Shown: piece after piece, positions 1 through 9,909 of the stretch
Layout of the letters: each line of letters starts with the position of its first letter
Position numbering within the stretch: position 1 is the first letter of the stretch
Origin: Longimicrobiales bacterium
GTDB taxonomy: Bacteria; Gemmatimonadota; Gemmatimonadetes; Longimicrobiales; Gaopeijiaceae
Reading direction: 5' to 3'
DNA length: 64,000 bases
Assembly: GCA_963664435.2 (NCBI GenBank)
Contig: CAXXKM010000002.1
Location: 96,001 to 160,000, forward strand
Position numbers and translations under genes: made by a program
Notes under the pieces: model-generated
Databases searched by the model: none
What the model saw: the letters and a program-made list of their open reading frames with translations, nothing else
What the model was told of the DNA's origin: nothing

Positions 1-278
1 GAACGCGTCACCCGGCGGCCTGCCACCATGCGCGGCTCGTGGCCCAGCCGGCGCGCCAGAGCGGTTGACTGCGGCCCGCCTCCGTGCACCAGCACCAGCC
101 GCACGCCAAGGGCGTTCAGGATCCCGACCTGTTCCATCAGAGCATCGATGCGCCCGGAACTCCGCAGGATCTCGCCGCCCAGCTTGAGGACGAAGATGCG
201 TTCGCGGAAGAGGCGCACGTAGGGCGCGGCCGCGCGCAGGCCGGCAAAGCCCCGGTCGGTCGCCCGCGAGCGCTTCAA
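1..278 (-). CDS. argB: Acetylglutamate kinase, N-terminal part (runs off window edge)
   Basis: Not in the ORF track. Manual minus-strand translation from TTG 278 gives ...PYVRLFRERIFVLKLGGE...VLVHGGGPQSTALARRLGHEPRMVAGRRVT, with the KLGG, HGGG and GxRVT motifs. Start overlaps the argD stop. Confidence 0.9.
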   Translation of the reverse strand, partial: MKRSRATDRGFAGLRAAAPYVRLFRERIFVLKLGGEILRSSGRIDALMEQVGILNALGVRLVLVHGGGPQSTALARRLGHEPRMVAGRRVTR

Positions 279-1465
279 GCTGGCTCCTCCAGCAGGGCGC
301 GCAGGGCTTCGGCGAGTTGCGCTGCTTCTGACGCCCGCAGCGTAAGCGGAGGCATGACCCGCAGCCATGCCGGATCCGAGCTGGTTCCCGCAAGGATGTC
401 GCGGTCAAGCAATGCGTCGCGTATCTCGCGCGCGGTGGTTCTGCACTCGAGCCCGAGCAGCATGCCGCGGCCGCGAATCCCGAGCACGGGACCCGCAACG
501 CAGCTGCCGCGAATCTCTTGCTCGCGCATCGCCACCCGCTCCAGAAGCCCCTCGTCGCGGATGGTGTCCAGCACCGCTTCGATGACCGCGCACGCGAGCG
601 GTCCTCCCCCGAAGGTGCTCCCCATGTCCCCGATTCGCAGCTGATCGCCCAGAGCTCGCGACATGATGAGGGCGCTGCAGGGGAACCCGGCGCCGAGCGC
701 TTTCGCCGTGGTGAGCACGTCCGGAACGACGCCGGCGTGCTCGATTGCGAAGGGCTTTCCGCTCCGCCCCATCCCGCACTGCACCTCGTCCGCGATCAGC
801 AGGGCGCCGTGGCGGTCGCAGGCCGCGCGGAGGGCACGCACATAGTCCGTTTCGAGCACGTACGCGCCCGCGATGCCCTGGATGGGCTCAAGGATGACGG
901 CGGCGGTCCCGTCGTCGATGGCGGCAACCGCCCGGGCCGCGTCGTCGCGGGGTACGAACGTCACCTCGAACGGGGTGTCCGGGAAGCCGTACCAGCGCTC
1001 GCGGGCCCGCCAGGTCACGGCGGCGGCCGCAGCCGAGCGGCCGTGGAATCCGTGCTCCAAGGCCACCACGCGCCCGCGGCCCGTGCTTCTGCAGGCGAGC
1101 CGCAGTGCGTTCTCGTTGGCCTCCGCCCCCGAATTGACGAAGAAAACGCAGTCGAGATCGGCCGGCGCGAACTCGGCGAGCTTGTCCGCGGCGCGCGCCC
1201 GCACCCTCAAGGCGTTCACGTTGCTGGTGAACATCAGCTCCCCCGCCTGCCGGCGGACCGCTTCCAGCACCTTCGGATGCCCGTAGCCCAGCGCGCACAC
1301 CGCGTGTCCGCCGTAGAGATCGAGCAGCCGGCGCCCGTCCGCACACCTCAGGTACGCGCCCCGGCCCGACACCGGCTCCACCGGCAACTGGCCGTACACC
1401 TGCGCCAGATGGCGCGCTTCGGCCTGGCGCGCGTCCGGGACGAGCGTCGGGGTTGGTGCGCTCAT
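275..1465 (-). CDS. argD: Acetylornithine aminotransferase (class III PLP enzyme)
   Basis: NSGAEANE, FHGRS, EPIQG, LIADEVQCGMGRSG and TAKALGAG motifs; arg operon context. Confidence 0.9.
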   Translation of the reverse strand: MSAPTPTLVPDARQAEARHLAQVYGQLPVEPVSGRGAYLRCADGRRLLDLYGGHAVCALGYGHPKVLEAVRRQAGELMFTSNVNALRVRARAADKLAEFAPADLDCVFFVNSGAEANENALRLACRSTGRGRVVALEHGFHGRSAAAAAVTWRARERWYGFPDTPFEVTFVPRDDAARAVAAIDDGTAAVILEPIQGIAGAYVLETDYVRALRAACDRHGALLIADEVQCGMGRSGKPFAIEHAGVVPDVLTTAKALGAGFPCSALIMSRALGDQLRIGDMGSTFGGGPLACAVIEAVLDTIRDEGLLERVAMREQEIRGSCVAGPVLGIRGRGMLLGLECRTTAREIRDALLDRDILAGTSSDPAWLRVMPPLTLRASEAAQLAEALRALLEEPA

Positions 1466-1520
1466 CTCCGCGCCCGGTGAGGCTTCGCCGCCGCGGTCGA
1501 GGCTCGCCCTGGGCGGGCGT

Positions 1521-2576
1521 TCATATCCACGCCGGGGGCGGGGCGGTCAACCCAGTGGTTTCGGGAAGTCCGTGCAGGACATTCATCCATTGGATCGCCC
1601 CTCCGGCGGCGCCCTTGACCAGGTTGTCGAGCGCCACCGTCACCGCCAGCGCGCCCCGGTTGACCGCGATGGCCAGATGGGCGTGATTGCTGCCCACGAC
1701 GTCCTTCAGCCTCGGCGGAACATCGACCAGGTGCACGAACGGCGCCTTCGCATAGTGGTCCGCATAAGCGTCCCGCACCTGTCTGGCGTCGACGCCGTCG
1801 AGCAGCCGCCCGTGCATCACCATGTAGATTCCGCGCGCGAACGGCCCGGAAGCGGGGACGAAGTGCAGTCGAACGCCCCGGCCGGTCAGCGCCCGCAGGA
1901 TCCCTTCCACCTCCGGCGCATGGCGATGCGCGAGCGGCTTGTAGGCGAACATGTTGGCGTGCCGCGTGGGATGGTGGGTGGTCGGCCTGGGGACGCGGCC
2001 GGCCCCGGTACTGCCCGTCACCGCGCTGACCATCAGGCCGGGATCGACCAGTCCGGGGCGCATCAGGGGCATACTCGCGAGCAGCATGCCGGTCGCGAAG
2101 CATCCGGGATGACCAACGTGGCGGGGCTTGCGGGTGGTGGCGTGCTCCGGCAACAGACTCCGGAACATCGGCATGCGATCCGGGGCGCCGTGCTCGAGCC
2201 CGTACACGCCCTCGTACGCGTCGGCGTCGCGAAAACGAAAATCCGCCGAGACGTCGACCACGCTGGCGGCGCAGTGCCGCTCCTCGCATATGCCCAGAGC
2301 CCGGTCGACCAATCGGGCGCTGGCTCCATGGGCGGCGGTCGAGAAGATGGCGCAGCGGTCTCCGAGCGTGTCGGGAAGCTCGTCCAGGGACGTAAAGCGC
2401 AGCTCCGGCCACGCGCCGCGCAGGTTCGGGAAGACAGCTTCCACCGGCTCGCGCCTCCGGCTTCGCGACACGACCGCGGCCGGCCGGATGCACGGATGGG
2501 ACGCGAGCAGACGCAGCAACTCGCCGCCGACGTAGCCGGATCCGCCGAGCACGATGGCTGGAATCGCCTCAGGCAT
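1521..2576 (-). CDS. argC: N-acetyl-gamma-glutamyl-phosphate reductase
   Basis: GGSGYVGGE, DVSADFR, PGCFAT (catalytic Cys), GSTGAG and DNLVKGAAG motifs. Confidence 0.95.
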   Translation of the reverse strand: MPEAIPAIVLGGSGYVGGELLRLLASHPCIRPAAVVSRSRRREPVEAVFPNLRGAWPELRFTSLDELPDTLGDRCAIFSTAAHGASARLVDRALGICEERHCAASVVDVSADFRFRDADAYEGVYGLEHGAPDRMPMFRSLLPEHATTRKPRHVGHPGCFATGMLLASMPLMRPGLVDPGLMVSAVTGSTGAGRVPRPTTHHPTRHANMFAYKPLAHRHAPEVEGILRALTGRGVRLHFVPASGPFARGIYMVMHGRLLDGVDARQVRDAYADHYAKAPFVHLVDVPPRLKDVVGSNHAHLAIAVNRGALAVTVALDNLVKGAAGGAIQWMNVLHGLPETTGLTAPPPAWI

Positions 2577-3627
2577 GAGCGCCCAGCCCGATGCGGGCGG
2601 CGACGGCGTCTCCGAGCCGGGCGCCGTGCGTCATCGCGTTCACTCCGTCCAGCCCGGTCCTTTCCCTGATGATGTCGAGCCCGACCCTGTTGTCGGTAGC
2701 GGGCCCCGTGATGAGAGCAGGCGACATCCCGAACTCCTCCTCGAGCAGCCTCGCGCCCCCCCAGGCAGCGACCGGATCGGACGCGCACAGGAGCAGGCAC
2801 GAGATGTTTTCGCGCACCGCGTCGTCCCGCAGGATGGCCTCCACGCCGTATGCCCCGAGGATTCCGTCCCCCAACTCGAACACGATCGCGTCGGGCCGTT
2901 CGCTCGCGAGCAGTCGCAACATGGTGCGCGCCAGGTCGGGCGCGTTCCCGGGCCCGGTGCTGACCACGCCGAAGTCGGTGAAAATGGCGGTGTTGCGCGC
3001 GCCAGCGTCCTCCATGGCCAGGATGTCGCGCCGCAGCGAGACCCCGGTCGCCTTGAAGGCGTCGACCACATGCCCCATGTGCCGCAGGCGCCCGATCACC
3101 GCGCATGCCGCCGCCGTCTTGCCGGAGTTCATGCAGGTGCCGGCAAGGGCTACCACGGGGACGCCTTCCAGTTCCAGTCCGGGCCGGACGTCCAGCGGGT
3201 CGCCGCCCACCCGGGCCGGCACGCCCACGCGCTCGCCGAGATAGGGGAACTCCAGCACCACTCCAAGCACACGCGCGTCGAAGGGCTGTCCCAGGGAGGC
3301 GTTGACGGCGTCGCATATTCCCAGCACGCCGCCCATGTTCAGGATCTGCACGATGTCGCCCGGCCGCGTGGTCTCGGGCACGTAGCCGGAATAGCCGAAC
3401 AGCGCCTTGCGGTGGCCCAGCGCGCCCACGATCACATCCCCCCGGCGCACGCGCGCCATGCGCCCGCTGGCCAGCTCGAGCTGGTTGTAGGAGGACTTCT
3501 CGTTCAGCACCTCGACCGCGACCATCACGCCCTCCTCGCTGGGAATGCGGTCGCCCACGCGGATTTCGCGGTCGGCCCCCAGGTCCGAGGCCACGGACGC
3601 CAGCTTGTCGATGACGATGCTACGCAT
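2569..3627 (-). CDS. DUF1611/DgcN-like P-loop protein within the arg operon
   Basis: GTCMNSGKT P-loop-like motif plus KATG and ELGDG; overlaps both argR and argC. Family recognised from memory only. Confidence 0.65.
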   Translation of the reverse strand: MRSIVIDKLASVASDLGADREIRVGDRIPSEEGVMVAVEVLNEKSSYNQLELASGRMARVRRGDVIVGALGHRKALFGYSGYVPETTRPGDIVQILNMGGVLGICDAVNASLGQPFDARVLGVVLEFPYLGERVGVPARVGGDPLDVRPGLELEGVPVVALAGTCMNSGKTAAACAVIGRLRHMGHVVDAFKATGVSLRRDILAMEDAGARNTAIFTDFGVVSTGPGNAPDLARTMLRLLASERPDAIVFELGDGILGAYGVEAILRDDAVRENISCLLLCASDPVAAWGGARLLEEEFGMSPALITGPATDNRVGLDIIRERTGLDGVNAMTHGARLGDAVAARIGLGAHA

Positions 3628-4126
3628 TGATCCCGCTCCGCGGACTCGTCAGCCCGGCTTCGCGGCGCAGCCGGCCCACCAGGGCGCGCTGCTCGCTGCG
3701 GTTTCGCGTTGCGATGAAGATGGTATCGTCGCCCGACAGCGTCGCCAGGACCTCCTTCCAGCCCATCCGGTCGAGGAAGAGCGCGATGCGCTGGGCGGCG
3801 CCGGTCGCGGTGCGCACCACCGTGAGGTTCGGACCTGCCGCGTGCACCGCGCGCGCATAGCTCGAGAGGGTGCGCCGGTCCTCCTCCGAGAGGTTGAGAG
3901 ACCGCAGGCTGTAGCCATCCGCGCCCTTCATCGCTCCCAACCGGGCCAGGTCGCGGCTGATGCAGGATTGGGTCACTGCGATCCCGCGGTCCCCCAGCAG
4001 TCGCACGAGTTCCGCCTGGCTGGCCACTTCGCGGTTCTCCAGGATGTCCGCGATCACCGCCCGGCGCCGTGCCGGAGCTGTTCGTCGATCTGACATTTTG
4101 GCAGAGGGTCGCGGGGAATCCGCCAT
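3620..4126 (-). CDS. argR: Arginine repressor (start may be ATG 4096)
   Basis: SQAELVRLL...VTQSCISRDLARLG winged helix; C-terminal ATLSGDDTIFI arginine-binding motif. Confidence 0.93.
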   Translation of the reverse strand: MADSPRPSAKMSDRRTAPARRRAVIADILENREVASQAELVRLLGDRGIAVTQSCISRDLARLGAMKGADGYSLRSLNLSEEDRRTLSSYARAVHAAGPNLTVVRTATGAAQRIALFLDRMGWKEVLATLSGDDTIFIATRNRSEQRALVGRLRREAGLTSPRSGINA

Positions 4127-4200
4127 CGGGCTGCCATTTTGGCAGACGCCATATGACAGAATGGCATACTAATTGTGTTATGCACATGATATGCAGTCCT
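4090..4200. promoter_or_regulatory. Regulatory region between argR and the divergent DHS-like gene, with a palindrome pair
   Basis: CTG(A/C)CATTTTGGCAG at 4090-4104 and 4131-4145; AT-rich tract at about 4150-4195. Confidence 0.5.
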
Positions 4201-4441
4201 GCGAAATCGTCAACCCCTGCCGGTTCGACGCGGCTGCCGAATCATCATCCGATGGCCCCTTGCGCAATGCCGGTGCGAGTCCGCGAAAGGCTCCGGAATG
4301 CCCCTCGCGTGCGGCGAACCACTCGGGTCGCGCTATCCCGGACAATCTCGTGCAATTCCGGCAGCACCGGGAATGGAGAAATGCCGCCGATTCCGGCAGA
4401 TTACCGGTCCTTTCCAACCGCTTCCCGCACCCGGAGGCTTC

Positions 4442-5608
4442 GTGAGCGATCTCACCAGGCGCGACCTCCTTTCACGGCCGGTGGAGCACGTCGACATCCG
4501 CGCTTTCGACGCCCGCCCGGTCATCGACCAGTACCGGCGCACGGCCATCCAGACCCGCAACCTGGCACGTGCAGCGGACATCTGTTCCGAGATGCTCGCC
4601 GACCGGGACTGCACGGTCATCCTCACCCTCGCGGGGTCGCTCGTGTCCGCGGGCCTCAAGAAGGCGCTGGTGACGCTGATCGATTCCGGCATGGTGGATG
4701 TGGTGGTGTCGACGGGCGCCAACATGGTGGATCAGGACTTCTTCGAGGCCCTGGGGTTCCGGCACTACATGGCGCCCGGCTCGCCCGAGCATCCCGTGGT
4801 GCCCGATGAGCGCCTGCGCGAGTTGGCCATCGACCGCATCTACGACACGTACATCGATGAGAACGAATTGCGCGTTTGCGATCAGACGATGAGGCGCATC
4901 TTCGATCGGCTTCCGCCGCGCCCCCACTCCTCACGTGAAATCCTGACCGCGATGGGCCGCTTTCTCGACGGCGCCTTTCCCACGTCGGAATCCGTGGTGC
5001 TGTCGGCATACCGGCAAGGGGTGCCGATCTTCGTCCCCGCCCTCAGCGACTGCTCCGCCGGCTTCGGCATCGTCCTGCACCAGGCCTCGGCCGCGCGCGC
5101 GGGACGCGAAGCGGTGTCGCTGGACTCGGGGAAGGACTTCCTCGAACTGACCCGGATCAAGCTCGCATCCCGGGCGTCGGGACTGCTGATGCTGGGAGGA
5201 GGAGTCCCCAAGAACTTCGCCCAGGACATCGTCGTGGCCGCGGAAATGCTCCAGGAGGAGGATGCGTCCCCGGGCCGGCCGGCAGTTTCGGACGATGCAG
5301 CCTCCCCAGGGGCAGCGGATTCAACGGATGGGACCGGCGCGGCGACAGCGGCGGAGGTGACGATGCACCGGTACGCCGTGCAGCTCACGGTCGCGGACAG
5401 TCGCGACGGTGCCCTGTCCGGGTCCACACTGCGCGAGGCCACGAGCTGGGGAAAGGTGGAAACCGCGCGCGAACAGATGGTGTTCTGCGAGGCGACGCTG
5501 GGGTTTTCGCTGCTCGCCAGCGACGCCTGGCATCGCCGGGCCTGGGAAGGCCGGCCCGCACGCAGGTTCGCGGATTGGCTGGATGAGCGCGCGGGCGCGA
5601 CGATGTGA
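4442..5608 (+). CDS. Deoxyhypusine synthase-like protein (possible homospermidine synthase)
   Basis: STGAN, RIYDT, GGGVPKNF and DGALSGSTLREATSWGK (catalytic Lys); GTG start after GGAGG. Confidence 0.88.
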   Translation: MSDLTRRDLLSRPVEHVDIRAFDARPVIDQYRRTAIQTRNLARAADICSEMLADRDCTVILTLAGSLVSAGLKKALVTLIDSGMVDVVVSTGANMVDQDFFEALGFRHYMAPGSPEHPVVPDERLRELAIDRIYDTYIDENELRVCDQTMRRIFDRLPPRPHSSREILTAMGRFLDGAFPTSESVVLSAYRQGVPIFVPALSDCSAGFGIVLHQASAARAGREAVSLDSGKDFLELTRIKLASRASGLLMLGGGVPKNFAQDIVVAAEMLQEEDASPGRPAVSDDAASPGAADSTDGTGAATAAEVTMHRYAVQLTVADSRDGALSGSTLREATSWGKVETAREQMVFCEATLGFSLLASDAWHRRAWEGRPARRFADWLDERAGATM

Positions 5609-5615
5609 CGCCCGG

Positions 5616-7196
5616 CTACCCCCTCGCGATCTCCTCCGCGGCCATCAGCGACAGCGCGCAGAAGGTGAGGGTTCCGTTGGCGCAGCCGCTCGAGACGATC
5701 GTGGGCGCGCCCACCACGAACAGGTTCTCGTGGTCGTGGGTTCGCCCCCGGGCATCCACCACGCTGGTCGCCGGATCGTCGCCCATCCGGCAGCCCCCGC
5801 CGGGATGCTCGAAGAGGCGTGACGCCCGCGTGCTCATCATGCGCCCGCCCGCCGCGCGCGCGAGTTCATCGAAGCGGCCCAGGAGCGTCTCGTGCGTGTG
5901 GGGTTCCAGGTCGAGGGTGGCCTGACCCGCGGCGTAGTCGATACGGGGCATCGGATCCCCGTGGCTGTTGCGCATGGCGGAGTCGAGGGTCAGGCGGCTC
6001 TCCGGGGTGGGAATCACGTCGTAGTACGACCGGATGCGGGCCGTCGCGGTGGACCGGGTGCGCGCGCGCCAGTCCGCCATCACCTCGTCACCCCAGAGGA
6101 CCCGACCATCGTCCGCCGCAAGGCGGGCCTCCCGGCCCACGGTCGATTCCCACAGGCGGATGTCGTGACGCAGATAGCGGTCCAGCGGCCCCGGACTCGC
6201 GAAGCGGTGCGACAGCAGGCTGTTGTTGGGAAAGATCCCCGGATAGAGCCGCATGGGCAGTTCGATGAAACCGCTGGCGAACCAGTGTCCGGTCATGTAG
6301 CGGCCCACGTTGTCCGTTCTGTTGGCCAGGCCGTTGGGGAAGCGGGTGTTGGCGGACATCAGAAGGAGATGCGAACTCCACGCGTGACCGGCCGCCAGCA
6401 CGAAGGTTCGGGCCCGGAATTGTACGGGCTCGTCCGCGGCGTCCTGATGAAAGCCTGTCGCGGACGCGATGCGGTCCGAGCCCGATTCGAGCCCCAGCGA
6501 GCGAATCAGGGTGCGCTCGTTGAGGCGGATTCGCCCCGCCGCAAGCAGCCGGTCGAAGGCGAAATCCGGGGTGTACTTGGCGCCCGTCGGGCACACCGCG
6601 CAGGTGTCGCAGCGCTGGCACACGTTGCGCCCCTGCCACGGCTCGGTGTTGCGCGCCCACGGCTGGGTCCAGAAGGGGATGCCCGCCGCATCCGTCCACT
6701 CGCGCATGCGCCGGAGGTTCCACGAGAGCGGCAGCGGCGGCATCGGATACGGCTGGGAACGGGGATCGTACTCGGGCGGGCCCTGCTCCCCGGCGACGCC
6801 CATCCGCTCCTCGGCCTCCTGGTAGAAGGGCTCGAGGTCGTCGAAGGAGATGGGCCAGTCGTACCCGACCCCATAGAGGGAGCGCACCCGGAAATCCCCC
6901 GGCGAATACCGGGGCACGGCGCCCCCCCAGTGCATCGCGGCGCCCCCCAGGACCATCGACTGGTACATCTCGCCGGTGCCGGTCTGGCCGGGGATGTGGT
7001 CGTTCGGGTAGGGATTCTCGCCGTACGCGAGCATGCGCGCCCGGGTCGCCGTTCTCTCCTCGAGAGATGCCGTACGGCCCCCTGCCTCCACGACCGTGAT
7101 GGATGCCTCGGTGGTTTCGGCAAGACGCTCCGCGACCATGGCCGCGCTGATGCCGCCTCCGATGATGCAGACGTCGCTCTCGATGACCTGGCTCAT
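5616..7196 (-). CDS. GMC family FAD oxidoreductase
   Basis: DVCIIGGGISA FAD-binding motif, CQRCDTCAVCP Cys cluster, HPGGGCRMG, NGTLT. Confidence 0.9.
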   Translation of the reverse strand: MSQVIESDVCIIGGGISAAMVAERLAETTEASITVVEAGGRTASLEERTATRARMLAYGENPYPNDHIPGQTGTGEMYQSMVLGGAAMHWGGAVPRYSPGDFRVRSLYGVGYDWPISFDDLEPFYQEAEERMGVAGEQGPPEYDPRSQPYPMPPLPLSWNLRRMREWTDAAGIPFWTQPWARNTEPWQGRNVCQRCDTCAVCPTGAKYTPDFAFDRLLAAGRIRLNERTLIRSLGLESGSDRIASATGFHQDAADEPVQFRARTFVLAAGHAWSSHLLLMSANTRFPNGLANRTDNVGRYMTGHWFASGFIELPMRLYPGIFPNNSLLSHRFASPGPLDRYLRHDIRLWESTVGREARLAADDGRVLWGDEVMADWRARTRSTATARIRSYYDVIPTPESRLTLDSAMRNSHGDPMPRIDYAAGQATLDLEPHTHETLLGRFDELARAAGGRMMSTRASRLFEHPGGGCRMGDDPATSVVDARGRTHDHENLFVVGAPTIVSSGCANGTLTFCALSLMAAEEIARG

Positions 7197-7777
7197 GACG
7201 CGACTCCCGGCAGCGGGGCGGGTTCGTTTCCGGCCGAGGCGAGACCCCGGCACTGCTGTTTGGCGATGGCCCGGCCGTAGCAGATGTCGGTCGCGATCGG
7301 GGAGGCGAAGAAGTGGGCCGCGAGCGCGAGCGCGACGTGGGCGGCGTTCCCCGGCCGGCCGAGGTCGGGACCGGCCCGGCGCACATGCGGCTCCAGGACC
7401 GATCGCCGCTCGGGAACCCCGATCTCGCCGAACGAGGCCCCGAATCGCTTGCGGCTCTCGATGTCCAGCCCCCGCAGCTGCGCGGCCCAGCCCGGCCGCG
7501 GATCCGGGCCCGTGTAGACCGTCTCCGGCACCAGGTATGGGTGGGCCATCTCCGCCACCGGCTCCAGTCCTTCCGACCAGAGCTCGAAGGCGGCCACCGC
7601 CCGCTCGCGGCCGTCCGCTCCCAGCTCTTCGGGCAGCATCGTCTCCCCCACGGCACGCAACGTGGCGGGGAGGAGCGCGTCCGGACGCTCCGCCGACATC
7701 GGTGCACAACCTGGCAACGACACCACGGCGACCGAGGCCGCCGACTGTTTCAGGAAGGTTCTGCGTGACTCGGCCAT
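7193..7777 (-). CDS. Tat-exported small partner subunit (gluconate 2-dehydrogenase subunit 3-like)
   Basis: SRRTFLK twin-arginine signal; overlaps the GMC gene start. Confidence 0.7.
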   Translation of the reverse strand: MAESRRTFLKQSAASVAVVSLPGCAPMSAERPDALLPATLRAVGETMLPEELGADGRERAVAAFELWSEGLEPVAEMAHPYLVPETVYTGPDPRPGWAAQLRGLDIESRKRFGASFGEIGVPERRSVLEPHVRRAGPDLGRPGNAAHVALALAAHFFASPIATDICYGRAIAKQQCRGLASAGNEPAPLPGVAS

Positions 7778-7796
7778 CGGGGGTTCTCTCCTTGGG

Positions 7797-8540
7797 TTAC
7801 CCGGGCTGCGGGGCTTCGCCGGCTGACGGCGCGGCCAACGACAGGAAGTCCTTCGCCATCGCGGGCCCGGCGGCTTCGTCCTCGTGCTTGAAGAACACGA
7901 AGGCGTCTTTCCAGCCCTGCCGCCCGATGCGCTCCATCCATCCCCTCAGTTCATCGCGGGTGTAGCCGAGGCGGCGCATGCGCAGATAGCCCCGGGTGCC
8001 GGAAGCCAGCGGAGCGTCCGGGGGCACGCCCGGCAGCGGCTCGTCCACGTCCGCGTGCACCAGCGCGAAGTCGCGGTCGGCCAGCAGGGTTCGGACCTCG
8101 TCGTCGAACCAGGAGGGGTTGCGGAACTCGAACGCGGCGGGGGTGCCGTCGGGAAGCAGGTTCAGGAAGGCGGCCAGCCGTGACGCATCCTTCTTCATGT
8201 TGGGAGGCAGCTGGAACAGGATCACACCCAGGCGCGGCCCCAGGGTGGCGCAGGTTTCGACCAGGTAGGTGGTCTCGTCGGTGCTCGAGAGCCCGAGGCG
8301 CTTGAAGTGCGTGATCCGGCGCGACGCCTTGATCGAGAAGCGGAAGTCCTCAGGCACCTGCTCGGCCCATTTCGCCAGCAGGTCCACTTTGGGCAGCCGG
8401 TAGAAGGTGTTGTTGATCTCGACGGCGGGGAGCTCGCCGGCGTAGTGCGACAGGAAGGCCCGCTGCGGCAGCTTCTCCGGGTAGAACCGGCCCTTCCATT
8501 CCTTGTAGGCGAAGCCGCTGGTTCCCGTCCAGATGCGCAT
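7797..8540 (-). CDS. DUF72 family protein
   Basis: GTSGFAYKEWKGRFYP, VEINNTFY, LFQLPP, FEFRNPSW. Confidence 0.9.
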   Translation of the reverse strand: MRIWTGTSGFAYKEWKGRFYPEKLPQRAFLSHYAGELPAVEINNTFYRLPKVDLLAKWAEQVPEDFRFSIKASRRITHFKRLGLSSTDETTYLVETCATLGPRLGVILFQLPPNMKKDASRLAAFLNLLPDGTPAAFEFRNPSWFDDEVRTLLADRDFALVHADVDEPLPGVPPDAPLASGTRGYLRMRRLGYTRDELRGWMERIGRQGWKDAFVFFKHEDEAAGPAMAKDFLSLAAPSAGEAPQPG

Positions 8541-8799
8541 GGCGGAATGATGCACGGGAGTCGGGAGTTGCGCCAGACGAGAGGAACGGGCGTCCCCGCG
8601 AATGGGGCTTGCGTCCCGGCGATGAGACGAGCGGTCGGCGGCTCTTGTGTCCGCTCCCGTTCGCGATAGTGTTCAACGGCCACTGCATCGCGTCGCAGAG
8701 GACAAAACCAATGGGCAATGTGCAGAAACACGCCGATTTGTGGGAAAAGAGGGGCATAAATGTGGGAAAGCTGTCGGATAAGGAGACGGAGGGGTGCCG

Positions 8800-9909
8800 A
8801 TGAGCGTTGAAGTGTCCGCTGGTGAAACGGTCCTGCTGCTGGGTACGACGAAAGGGGCCTTCCTTGCGCGCGCCCGCGGCGACGACGGCGACTGCGGCTG
8901 GGATCTCGCCGGGCCCCACTTCCCGGGCGAGGAAGTGTACGCGATGGCGTACGACGACCGCGCCGGACGTTCGCGCCTGTGGGCGGCGCCGGGCAGTCCC
9001 TTCTGGGGGACGACGCTCCGTTTCTCCGACGACTTCGGGGCGAGCTGGTCCGGCAAGGACGAGCGCTCGGTCAGGTTCCCCGAGGATTCGGAGCTGTCGC
9101 TCAAGCGCATCTGGCAGATCCGGCCGGGTTCGGAGGCGGAACCCGACGTGATCCGGCTGGGCGTCGAGCCGGCGTGTCTCTTCGAGTCACGGGACGCGGG
9201 TGCGACCTGGCAGCCGGTGGAGGGCCTGCTCAACCACCCGCACCGCGAGCGCTGGCAACCGGGGGCGGGCGGGCTCTGCCTGCACACCATCGTCGGGGAC
9301 GGCGGGACGGCCGGGCGCATGATGATCGCCATCTCGGCGGCGGGGGCGTACCGGAGCGACGACGGGGGAGCCACGTGGGTGGCGCGCAACCGGGGCGTGC
9401 GGGCGGAGTTCATGCCCGACAAGCACCCCGAGTTTGGCCAGTGCGTGCACAAGATCGCGCATCATCCCTCGAACCCGGGACGGCTCTTCCTGCAGAACCA
9501 CTGGGGACTCTACCGGAGCGAGGACTGGGGGGATTCCTGGGTGGACATCGCCAACGGGGTTCCCTCGGACTTCGGCTTCGCCATGGCGATGCATCCGGCG
9601 GATCCCGAGACCGTCTACATCGTGCCCATCGAGTCGGACGGGTTCCGCTGTACGCCGGACGCGAAGCTGCGCGTGTACCGGACCCGCGACGGGGGGGCGA
9701 GCTGGCACCCGCTCACCGAGGGTCTCCCGCAGGAGAACGCATACGAGACGGTGCTGCGCGATGCGCTCGCGACGCTGGCGCCCGGGCAGGTGTTCTTCGG
9801 GACGCGCAGCGGCAAGGTGTACGCCTCGGGCGACGACGGCGACTCCTGGGAGCTGGTGCGCGACGGGCTCCCGCCGGTGGTGTGCGTGAAGGCATGCACG
9901 GCGGCGTGA
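8800..9909 (+). CDS. BNR/Asp-box repeat beta-propeller protein
   Basis: Repeated SxDxGxTW boxes; N-terminal LLGTTKGAF. Confidence 0.85.
   Translation: MSVEVSAGETVLLLGTTKGAFLARARGDDGDCGWDLAGPHFPGEEVYAMAYDDRAGRSRLWAAPGSPFWGTTLRFSDDFGASWSGKDERSVRFPEDSELSLKRIWQIRPGSEAEPDVIRLGVEPACLFESRDAGATWQPVEGLLNHPHRERWQPGAGGLCLHTIVGDGGTAGRMMIAISAAGAYRSDDGGATWVARNRGVRAEFMPDKHPEFGQCVHKIAHHPSNPGRLFLQNHWGLYRSEDWGDSWVDIANGVPSDFGFAMAMHPADPETVYIVPIESDGFRCTPDAKLRVYRTRDGGASWHPLTEGLPQENAYETVLRDALATLAPGQVFFGTRSGKVYASGDDGDSWELVRDGLPPVVCVKACTAA

Noticed and set aside
4150..4200. Canonical ARG boxes
   Set aside because: Only loose TGCA/GCAT half-sites with non-canonical spacing; cannot be called confidently.
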